From a virus: a DNA stretch of 64,000 nt. The stretch is taken from the IMG/VR virus record IMGVR_UViG_3300044730_000222, positions 37,846 through 101,845 of that record. One strand, given 5' to 3'. Each line of letters starts with the position of its first letter. Position 1 is the first letter of the stretch. Below are positions 9,138 to 16,202 of this stretch, piece after piece. The notes under the pieces are model-generated. The model searched no databases. It was given only the letters and a program-made list of their open reading frames with translations, and had not been told where the DNA came from. The position numbers and the translations under genes were made by a program.

Positions 9138-9264
9138 TTTTTTTCTCCCCATATTTTCCAAGAACTGCTTTTAAAGTTCCATCTTTACGAAGTCTAACAA
9201 TCATGCCGTCTTTAATTTGCACGGTATTAAAACCATCATGTCTTTTAAATTTTCCAGATGACAT
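9127..9264 (-). CDS. Small basic protein (45 aa, not in ORF track)
   Basis: MSSGKFKRHDGFNTVQIKDGMIVRLRKDGTLKAVLGKYGEKKNGK; TAATG coupling. Confidence 0.55.
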   Translation of the reverse strand: MSSGKFKRHDGFNTVQIKDGMIVRLRKDGTLKAVLGKYGEKKNGK

Positions 9265-10088
9265 TATTTTTTAAATGGATTAGGATCTAAAAATGATCCG
9301 CTCCAAAGACCTTTCGTTGTTTCACCTTCTTGAGACTTGTATGTTCCTCCACGACGTTTATATTCTTGCACTACCCATCCATTAGCAACTGCTGAAGGAT
9401 AAACGTCAAACTTATCTTTTGCTTCTTGTACAATTCGTGCATAAAGTCTTGGATTTGAGGGAGTGCTTCCACCTCTACGTGGCTGAATCATTTCTCCATA
9501 GTTAGGCTTTTTAGCCTTATCAAGTTCCTCATTAATCATTCTGCGTCTTGCCTCTTCAATCTCATCATCTTCGTCTTCCATTTCTCTTTCAGAATTTGCA
9601 TCTTGGTATGGGGCATTTGCAAGTGTTTTTTTATCAATATTAGATTTCATTGTTTCTTCTGCATCCATTTCGTGCTCCTTAATATCTATTTTTTGTGCAT
9701 CTGCATACATCATGCCAATACTATATGCAGTTGGTTCCCATTCGCCATCTTCTTCTTCATAAATTCTTACAGACATAGCAGGATTTTCTGGTGGCATAGA
9801 AACAAGAGCATATTCAGATCCAGGAGTTCCAAGAGTTCCACCTTCAGTCATGATATGTTCAATCATTCCATGAATAAGACCTTCTGTTGTAGCACCCATA
9901 ACAAAATCACCCTCTTTAAGAGTGTGCATAGTTTTGCCTATATTGCCCTCAGATTGGTTTATAGCGTAGATCTGTGCTGCTGCCTGTGTACGAGTATCAT
10001 GACAGCCCATTACCTCATTGGTACCCACCTTTAAAGCAGGGTAGCCAGAACAACCGTATGAACCCTTAGCACCTACACGATATGGCAT
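9264..10088 (-). CDS. Multidomain protein (DUF5872-like C-terminal part), candidate internal head protein
   Basis: YPSAVANGWVVQEYKRRGGTY domain; C-terminal KGLWSGSFL like the scaffold; leaderless promoter. Confidence 0.5.
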   Translation of the reverse strand: MPYRVGAKGSYGCSGYPALKVGTNEVMGCHDTRTQAAAQIYAINQSEGNIGKTMHTLKEGDFVMGATTEGLIHGMIEHIMTEGGTLGTPGSEYALVSMPPENPAMSVRIYEEEDGEWEPTAYSIGMMYADAQKIDIKEHEMDAEETMKSNIDKKTLANAPYQDANSEREMEDEDDEIEEARRRMINEELDKAKKPNYGEMIQPRRGGSTPSNPRLYARIVQEAKDKFDVYPSAVANGWVVQEYKRRGGTYKSQEGETTKGLWSGSFLDPNPFKK

Positions 10089-10100
10089 ACTCTGATTATA

Positions 10101-10466
10101 TCAGAGTTCTTGGCTTTTAAGCAGCCTCTTTATTTCCTCTATAGACCACTGATCTTCTTTAGATAGTTTAGATATTTCTTCAAGATCATGGGATTTTGGA
10201 GCAAGCCTAACGATGGGGGTATCAGACATAAGATCTATGTCAAGAAATCCTTTTTCCCATAACCCCATAAGTTTATTGTTAACATCATTAAGATGTTCAT
10301 GATATAGTTCTGGCATTATTTCTTGTATTTTAGGGGTAAATGAGTATAAGAATTCCCCAGTATTTTTATCTATGCCAGATACCTGTAGGCCACCATTTAA
10401 AAGTAAATAGTCAATTGCTGTTTGCTCATCAGGAATTTCTTTTTTATCCCATGAATCAGACATCAT
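10101..10466 (-). CDS. Hypothetical protein (paralog of 23347..23583)
   Basis: IDYLLLNGGLQVSGIDKNTGEFLYSFTPK aligns with IEHLLLQNAIEFAGIDEVTGDILYNITPK. Confidence 0.65.
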   Translation of the reverse strand: MMSDSWDKKEIPDEQTAIDYLLLNGGLQVSGIDKNTGEFLYSFTPKIQEIMPELYHEHLNDVNNKLMGLWEKGFLDIDLMSDTPIVRLAPKSHDLEEISKLSKEDQWSIEEIKRLLKSQEL

Positions 10467-10734
10467 GTTCAGCACTCCCCCTATGTCCTATAAAAATTTC
10501 TAAATCTTCTCTAGTTTGTGAACCAATTATTCTTTTTACTTCTATACCGTTTTCAAACAAAACAAAGGTTGGAACAGACTGAACTGTAAATGTTTTAACT
10601 AAATCAGGATTGTCATCAACATCTATTATTTGAAAACGAGCAGTTGTTTGTTCAGTATTTAACTCTTCAACAATTGGGCGTGTCTTTCTACAAGGCTGAC
10701 ACCAGTCAGCGGTAAAGTAGTAAACTGTTTTCAT
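10456..10734 (-). CDS. Thioredoxin
   Basis: FTADWCQPC active site; SVPTF cis-Pro loop. Confidence 0.92.
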   Translation of the reverse strand: MKTVYYFTADWCQPCRKTRPIVEELNTEQTTARFQIIDVDDNPDLVKTFTVQSVPTFVLFENGIEVKRIIGSQTREDLEIFIGHRGSAEHDV

Positions 10735-11138
10735 TTTCCAGACTTTTTTCTCTGTGCTGCTAAGGCAGAAAAATCTTTAACCTTGGTTTCTCCCATGTAT
10801 CCCCAAGCATATCCATCATTGATCATCATGTCGTTAAGAGATACGGTGTCTCCATTTATATATACCCAGCCCAAAATGCGACCATACTTTTCAGAAGAAT
10901 CCATCTTTTCAGTTTTAATTACAATAGACTTGGCATCTTTAAGATGTTTCTTTAAATACTCTTTTGATTCAATTCCCAAACTTTTTTCAAATTTGTCTTT
11001 GGTGCGAGATTCTGGAGTGTCTATTCCAGCCATACGAACACGCTGCTCAAAAAGAATATTAAAACCAAGATCAATTACAACATCAATGGTATCTCCATCA
11101 ACTACTGCCCTTACTTCTCTAACGTAGTATTGATACAT
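10731..11138 (-). CDS. Thermonuclease (SNase-like) family nuclease
   Basis: VVDGDTID, RVRMAGIDTPE, KYGRILG, GYA. Confidence 0.9.
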   Translation of the reverse strand: MYQYYVREVRAVVDGDTIDVVIDLGFNILFEQRVRMAGIDTPESRTKDKFEKSLGIESKEYLKKHLKDAKSIVIKTEKMDSSEKYGRILGWVYINGDTVSLNDMMINDGYAWGYMGETKVKDFSALAAQRKKSGK

Positions 11139-11401
11139 TAATTGTGACTTCCTATCAATTTATTCTCTATCAAACGATCACGCTCATCTACAACTTCTAA
11201 CATAAAAGCCATCATCTTGGTATAGGCATCTGGATTATTCATAATCTTTTCATAGTGATGCCCACAGAACATTAGGTCGCCAGTAGAGCCTTTAACCTGA
11301 ACATATGCTTGTGCTCCGCAACTATCACATCTATCAATAGCCTTAAGCACATATTCTTTTTTAGTTTCCTTAGAAAACTGATCTAGTATTTGGCTACTCA
11401 T
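11138..11401 (-). CDS. Actinobacterial-type small zinc-finger protein
   Basis: DRCDSCGAQAYV...LMFCGHH. Confidence 0.7.
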   Translation of the reverse strand: MSSQILDQFSKETKKEYVLKAIDRCDSCGAQAYVQVKGSTGDLMFCGHHYEKIMNNPDAYTKMMAFMLEVVDERDRLIENKLIGSHN

Positions 11402-11425
11402 TCTTATATTATACTCCTAGTTTGA

Positions 11426-12130
11426 TTATTCATAATTTTTTTTCTCCCAAAACATTTTTTTATAAGCATCAATAAATACACTTTTTAATCTTCTAAAGGA
11501 TCTGTCTAAATTAGCCACTCCAAACTCTGATTTCCAAGAATCCCTTTTTATTGGAATAACCTGTGCAATTGGGGTTCCTTTTGGTATTACACCATTAAAA
11601 TTTGAATCAGACAAAAAGAATGGAAACTCTATTGCTAAATCATATGAATCTGTATCAACAATTCCAGGAAGTATTACCATTTTATTATCATGATGCATTG
11701 GTGGAATAAAAAGTGAAGAGTATCCAGGTGGTGTTTTAACTACCCATAAATTGTTAAATTTTGCAATTTTTAAATTTTCATTAAAACTTGTACTTGGATA
11801 GTTTGGAATCTGTACTGTATCATGAAAAGTAATAGTTGGTTGATCTACTGGAGCCATACCCCATTTATAAAACGGTATGCCCTCAACAAATGTAATCTCT
11901 ATATCGCAATATGTTTTTATTAAATAGCCAGAACTCATAGAGTCTAAAAACGGTATGCATTTTTTAACTGACAGATTATTGACTTTTCCATAGTCATTTA
12001 TTGTAGGATATTTAGAATCTATATATGGCTTAACATCCTTATACCATTCTGGTATCATAGTTTTTGCTGGTACAGGCTTAATATCATCAAAAGCATCAAA
12101 GTCACAATAAAATTTTATGATTTTATCCAT
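11426..12130 (-). CDS. DUF6065-like / dUTPase-fold protein, paralog 2
   Basis: PVPAKTMIPEWYK, KKCIPFLDSMSSGY, KTPPGYS, GIVDTD, KGTPIAQVIPIKR; start reassigned to ATG 12130. Confidence 0.55.
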   Translation of the reverse strand: MDKIIKFYCDFDAFDDIKPVPAKTMIPEWYKDVKPYIDSKYPTINDYGKVNNLSVKKCIPFLDSMSSGYLIKTYCDIEITFVEGIPFYKWGMAPVDQPTITFHDTVQIPNYPSTSFNENLKIAKFNNLWVVKTPPGYSSLFIPPMHHDNKMVILPGIVDTDSYDLAIEFPFFLSDSNFNGVIPKGTPIAQVIPIKRDSWKSEFGVANLDRSFRRLKSVFIDAYKKMFWEKKNYE

Positions 12131-12131
12131 A

Positions 12132-12305
12132 TTATTTCCTATTATCCGTTCTATAAAAACCGCTGCCATTAAAAATTGCTGGAGTAGCATTCCAAACCCT
12201 CTGCATTAATTGAGAGCAACATGTCGGCCCTCTATCTTCTCCAAATTCTTTGCGAAACTCTATTACGGTTCCACATAAAATACATTTATAGTCATAAACT
12301 GGCAT
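12132..12305 (-). CDS. FmdB-family zinc-ribbon protein (57 aa, not in ORF track)
   Basis: MPVYDYKCILCG...PTCC...MQRVW...AIFNGSGFYRTD. Confidence 0.85.
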   Translation of the reverse strand: MPVYDYKCILCGTVIEFRKEFGEDRGPTCCSQLMQRVWNATPAIFNGSGFYRTDNRK

Positions 12306-12311
12306 ATATCA

Positions 12312-12340
12312 AGTATATCCTATGCGGTTCTCATTGTCAA
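12312..12340 (-). promoter_or_regulatory. Sigma70-type promoter giving a leaderless FmdB mRNA
   Basis: TTGACA-17 nt-TATACT, 6 nt before ATG. Confidence 0.75.
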
Positions 12341-12595
12341 TCTAGTATATGTGCGTATTCTGTGGCAATTGGCACATACCACCTCACACTTTTTAATCTC
12401 TTTCATAATTGCCTTCCAAGAAAATCCATCGTGAATCATTCTAGAGACATTGTATTTTTTGTCTCTTATGTGATCAAAATCTAATACTATGTGATTTTTT
12501 TCTCCGCAGTCTACGCATCCACTTGCTATCTTTATTTCAGCAAGTTTCTTTTTATACTGCTGTTTATTATAGTGTGCTAGTTCTTTTTCAGTCAT
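12320..12595 (-). CDS. Small HNH endonuclease-like protein
   Basis: CVDCG...LDFDH...KCEVVCANCHRIRT; own TGCTATAAT promoter at 12605-12613. Confidence 0.75.
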   Translation of the reverse strand: MTEKELAHYNKQQYKKKLAEIKIASGCVDCGEKNHIVLDFDHIRDKKYNVSRMIHDGFSWKAIMKEIKKCEVVCANCHRIRTYTRLTMRTA

Positions 12596-12624
12596 AGCAA
12601 TTACATTATAGCAAAGATTATTTG

Positions 12625-12704
12625 AGCCCCGCATAGGAATTCAAGCACGAAGGCCGAATTTAAGGAAAAGGTAACTAGTCCATCCCAAGGCCTATGCGGG
12701 GACT
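12625..12704 (-). ncRNA. Candidate structured non-coding RNA (~80 nt) of unknown family
   Basis: Perfect 11-bp terminal stem CCCCGCATAGG/CCTATGCGGGG enclosing two possible hairpins; TATAAT at 12708-12713 places the TSS at the stem 5' end. Confidence 0.55.
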
Positions 12705-12718
12705 TCTATTATACTCTT

Positions 12719-13150
12719 TTACTTTTTAGCAACTTTAATAGCAATTTCCTTTGGCTTTTTTTCCTCTGGAACAATGCGATCAATGTCAATGTGAAGCATT
12801 CCATCTTTCATCTCTGCTCCAGTTACTTCCATATATTCACCAAGAGCAAATGTGCGGGTAAACTTGCGTGTTGCAATACCCTTATGAATTGCTTCTCCTT
12901 CAGTTTCTGTAGTGATTTCTCCCTTAACCACAAGAGTTCCATCTTCAACAGTTACTTTTACATCATCTTTTGTGAAGCCAGCAACCGCTACAGACAACTT
13001 AAAGGTATCTTCATCTACCTTAATTAAATCATAAGGTGGATAAGATTGACGTGTTGCGGTATTGTGTACATGATTAAAGCGGTTCAATTCACGATTGAAA
13101 CCAATAAAAAAAGGATCTTTAAAAAGATCCAGGGTATACGAACTTACCAT
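12719..13150 (-). CDS. hsp20: Small heat-shock protein Hsp20 (IbpA-like)
   Basis: SYPPYDL, AVAGF, HKGIATRKFTRTF, DGMLHI, C-terminal IAI; AGGAG RBS before ATG 13150. Confidence 0.93.
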   Translation of the reverse strand: MVSSYTLDLFKDPFFIGFNRELNRFNHVHNTATRQSYPPYDLIKVDEDTFKLSVAVAGFTKDDVKVTVEDGTLVVKGEITTETEGEAIHKGIATRKFTRTFALGEYMEVTGAEMKDGMLHIDIDRIVPEEKKPKEIAIKVAKK

Positions 13151-13155
13151 TTTAT

Positions 13156-13201
13156 TCTCCTTTTCAGCGAGTTTGTATGCGTACCCCCATTTGGCGGGTA
13201 C
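13156..13201 (-). promoter_or_regulatory. Structured hsp20 5' UTR (RBS-sequestering hairpin)
   Basis: GTACCCGCC-AAAT-GGGGGTAC hairpin, then CTCGCT-GAAA-AGGAG pairing over the SD; TGCTATAAT at 13208-13216. Confidence 0.65.
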
Positions 13202-13208
13202 AAAATAA

Positions 13209-13574
13209 TTATAGCATATCCTTAGCCAAATACGCAATAGCCCTATTAAGTCTATCTATGCTATCTTGAAATACTCCAAGACCTCTATTACAATTATGGC
13301 ATAAATGTCCTCTAAAACTATCTTTGATATGGTCATGATCTACTACCCAAACACTAGCATTTCCACCAGTACCTTTTAATTCTTCTTCATTTTTTAAACA
13401 AATAGGACATACATATCCTTCTGGTGGATAACCATGTAATTTTTTAAGAATATCTCTTTCTTTAGATAATTTATTTGCACAAGACTTACATTCAGGTCTT
13501 AAATATTTACCACCTGAAGATGGAGAAAATTGAGAATCATCTAAACTTGTTTTACATTTACTGCAAGTCTTCAC
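13209..13574 (-). CDS. Endonuclease VII-family HNH nuclease
   Basis: CSKC..CKSC zinc finger, CPIC, VVDHDH, RGHLCHNCNRGLG. Confidence 0.88.
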   Translation of the reverse strand: MKTCSKCKTSLDDSQFSPSSGGKYLRPECKSCANKLSKERDILKKLHGYPPEGYVCPICLKNEEELKGTGGNASVWVVDHDHIKDSFRGHLCHNCNRGLGVFQDSIDRLNRAIAYLAKDML

Positions 13575-13575
13575 G

Positions 13576-13647
13576 AGCCTCCTATAGGATTTGAACCTAT
13601 GACAACCCGCTTACAAGGCGGGTACTCTACCCCTGAGTTAAGGAGGC
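13576..13647 (-). tRNA. tRNA-Thr(TGT), CCA not encoded
   Basis: GCCTCCT acceptor stem, anticodon arm CCCGC-CTTGTAA-GCGGG, T-arm GGTTCAAATCC. Confidence 0.92.
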
Positions 13648-13651
13648 AAAG

Positions 13652-13722
13652 AGCGGATAGCGAGAATTGAACTCGCACATTAACCTTGGCAAGGTTACGA
13701 ACTACCACTATGCAATATCCGC
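13652..13722 (-). tRNA. tRNA-Gly(GCC), CCA not encoded
   Basis: GCGGATA/TATCCGC acceptor, TAACC-TTGCCAA-GGTTA, T-arm GCGAGTTCAATTCTCGC; one D-stem mismatch. Confidence 0.88.
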
Positions 13723-13741
13723 CTTAGCCTACAAAAATAGA

Positions 13742-14584
13742 CTAATTGTTTACATCTACAAACAAATTAGTTGTAAATGATTCTAACGATGCAGGCTTAG
13801 CAACAGACTTTAGATAATTATAAGTATCAGAGAAGTTACCCTTATAATTCTTAGCCCAATAAGCAGCAAGTGCTGATGTAGCAGCAGAAGTTCCCATTGA
13901 TCCGTTTACTGTGCCAAGGGCAAAGAAGTCCACTTCAGCAGATCTATTTGCATACCGCTCAACATTGCCACGAACCCCCACAGAACTAACGGCAATTGCT
14001 TCCGCAACACAGGAAGGGTAGTCAATCCTTGAATAATCATAACGATTGCCAGTTGCAAACAATGAACCTACGCCCATATTTTGTAGATTTACAATGGCAT
14101 TTCTCAATGCTGGATTTACTGGACAGTAATTGCCTTTGGTAGAAAACTTTGTTTCTCCCACTGCTGCAGATACTGCAACAATATTGAACTTAGTCTTATT
14201 CTTTGCTACCCACTCCAAAGCCTGACGAACTGTGCTATTTACATTTACTCCATTACGCATGACATTTCCACGATTATCTTGTGGGAAAATACGAATAAAC
14301 ACAATGTTCATATTTGGATTTACCGACTGTGCAATTTGTACCATCTTAGTGCCATGCTCAAAACCCTTTGTTGCTGGCATATGTGCAGATCCTGGACCTT
14401 CCATATATGACTGCTTATTTGGGCAACGCTTTTCTTCCATAAGGCAAACCTCATAGAAAACACTTACCTGTGTTGTATCAATTGCTGTATCAATAATTGC
14501 AATTGCTGGTTTTTCATTTGCTGATACCGCTGGTAAAAATGCAGCGATAAATAGCATTGTTAATAGCCCCACTATTTTTTTCAT
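13742..14584 (-). CDS. Secreted subtilisin-like (S8) serine peptidase
   Basis: Signal peptide; triad motifs IIDT, HGT, GTSAAT; oxyanion ATGN. Confidence 0.85.
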   Translation of the reverse strand: MKKIVGLLTMLFIAAFLPAVSANEKPAIAIIDTAIDTTQVSVFYEVCLMEEKRCPNKQSYMEGPGSAHMPATKGFEHGTKMVQIAQSVNPNMNIVFIRIFPQDNRGNVMRNGVNVNSTVRQALEWVAKNKTKFNIVAVSAAVGETKFSTKGNYCPVNPALRNAIVNLQNMGVGSLFATGNRYDYSRIDYPSCVAEAIAVSSVGVRGNVERYANRSAEVDFFALGTVNGSMGTSAATSALAAYWAKNYKGNFSDTYNYLKSVAKPASLESFTTNLFVDVNN

Positions 14585-14592
14585 TGCTCTCC

Positions 14593-14796
14593 TTATATCA
14601 TTATTCTAACTACGTGTTGACATGGGTCGCCTCCTGCTTCCCATTCTTCTAACTCTTCTTCACTCATGTATTGATAGCCACCATCATGAGTATTACAAAA
14701 AGGTTCTGTTACCCAGCCTCTTTCAATACCGTTTTGTAGCCAAATGCCAAACTCCTGATCCTCTGGAGTTAGATCTTCTTCATGAGTATTATTCAT
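14593..14796 (-). CDS. Small acidic hypothetical protein
   Basis: C.THDG...GGDPC.HV; leaderless TTGACA-17-TATACT promoter at 14803-14831. Confidence 0.7.
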   Translation of the reverse strand: MNNTHEEDLTPEDQEFGIWLQNGIERGWVTEPFCNTHDGGYQYMSEEELEEWEAGGDPCQHVVRIMI

Positions 14797-14811
14797 ATAT
14801 TTAGTATATAC

Positions 14812-15345
14812 CTAAATGCTCAGAATGTCAATAGGGCCTTTGCAAGATGGGGAGTGATTAATAGCAGCCTGAACTGCTGCTGCTGCTCTTTTTCGTGTAT
14901 CTTTTGTTTTTTGTGTAGCATAAAGTGAGCCTAATGCAATATCTCCACCAGAACCCATTGTTAAATAATCTTGTTCGTATTGCGTTAATGACATGTCACC
15001 AGAACTATGCTCATAGATTTTGCCACGAACACAAATTATCATACCAAAATCAGCGGTTGATGTTGTGTCTACCCACCATTCTTCATAAAATTTTCTGAGG
15101 GCTTTAAGAAATCTACTATACATAAATTTATCAATACTGCCACGACCTTCAAATTCTGGCGGTACAAATAAATGTCTTATTCTATCTCCATCCATTGATC
15201 CAGCATATCCAAACAGATAGCCTTCTTTTTTCCAAATCTTTGGACTTGATCCAACACTAATAGAGTTGTCATCTGAAATACCACGATCACCAGCCATCCA
15301 GATTTTGTTGTCTATTTTATCTCTTACAGCAACTATACAAGTCAT
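14812..15345 (-). CDS. HslV/proteasome-beta-like Ntn hydrolase
   Basis: N-terminal MTCIVA (Thr nucleophile after Met removal), MAGD, PKI, GYAG, MGSG. Confidence 0.75.
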   Translation of the reverse strand: MTCIVAVRDKIDNKIWMAGDRGISDDNSISVGSSPKIWKKEGYLFGYAGSMDGDRIRHLFVPPEFEGRGSIDKFMYSRFLKALRKFYEEWWVDTTSTADFGMIICVRGKIYEHSSGDMSLTQYEQDYLTMGSGGDIALGSLYATQKTKDTRKRAAAAVQAAINHSPSCKGPIDILSI

Positions 15346-16103
15346 TTATTTTTCCTAGGCAATTGATGATCTAAAAATTTATTTTTTCTTATATCCATAC
15401 CTCTGTAATATAGTTTGTCCTGTCCAAGATTATTGTTATTTCTGTTATCCCTATCTATATTATGTTCATTAATTATGTCTAATTCTTCATTAATTGCTGA
15501 TTCCTCTAAAATATCATATGCATTTTCTAACTTAAAAGAATCACAAAAGTATCTTGGTATAGGAAGTATTCCCATTATTGGATAGTTCTTTTTTACAGTA
15601 ATTGGAGAATTTATAAGATCTATTTTAAAATTTAGTGTAAATGTAAATTTTAAATTATCTGTTTCTATAACACCAGTCATTGGGCTTATTCCAGGTAATG
15701 GAAAATTTGGTGCTGCAATTGTCATTAAATTAACCCCTGGAGGAGTTTTTAAAACTACTGGAAAATGAGCGGTAAAAATTCCATGTCCAAATTCTGACTT
15801 TAAATGAACATGGTTCATATCATATGGAGCATCACTATCATTTTCTGCAAATATTTTAATAGCATCTTCTCCATCGTTACCGTCCCATACAACAGTAAAA
15901 GTAAAAGGAACACTAAAGGCAAATCCCTGCATATTACCTATTGATAATGGCAAACATCTATAAAAATTAGCAGTAAACCATTCTCTTTCATGACTTTCAT
16001 TTAATGGTTTTAAAAAAGTTGAAATATCTCCATCAAATCTATTTAAATTATTGCCTGGAGTCAAAGGTATAAATGCAACGGTTTTATCTGGAATATTTAA
16101 CAC
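15342..16103 (-). CDS. DUF6065-family protein, paralog 3
   Basis: REWF...FYRCLPLSIGNMQG, FGHGI, LKTPPGVNL, GVIETD. Confidence 0.6.
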   Translation of the reverse strand: MLNIPDKTVAFIPLTPGNNLNRFDGDISTFLKPLNESHEREWFTANFYRCLPLSIGNMQGFAFSVPFTFTVVWDGNDGEDAIKIFAENDSDAPYDMNHVHLKSEFGHGIFTAHFPVVLKTPPGVNLMTIAAPNFPLPGISPMTGVIETDNLKFTFTLNFKIDLINSPITVKKNYPIMGILPIPRYFCDSFKLENAYDILEESAINEELDIINEHNIDRDNRNNNNLGQDKLYYRGMDIRKNKFLDHQLPRKNK

Positions 16104-16166
16104 AAAAAAGTTTCCAATGTTTTTAAATAAAAAGTCATTCTAACTCCTTAGTTTTCTTGTCTTTAT

Positions 16167-16195
16167 AGTATATCAGACAGATTTTTGTAAGTCAA
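16167..16195 (-). promoter_or_regulatory. Sigma70-type promoter
   Basis: TTGACT-17 nt-TATACT with extended TG. Confidence 0.75.
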
Positions 16196-16202
16196 ATACC
16201 GT

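Noticed and set aside
12625-12704. Assignment of the structured element as tRNA, SRP, hammerhead/HDV ribozyme, fluoride riboswitch or terminator
   Set aside because: Diagnostic conserved cores not found by eye; the enclosed region is large and there is no U tract on the coding strand.
13151-13237. N-terminal extension of Hsp20 in the track
   Set aside because: It covers the promoter and structured UTR; the SD supports ATG 13150.
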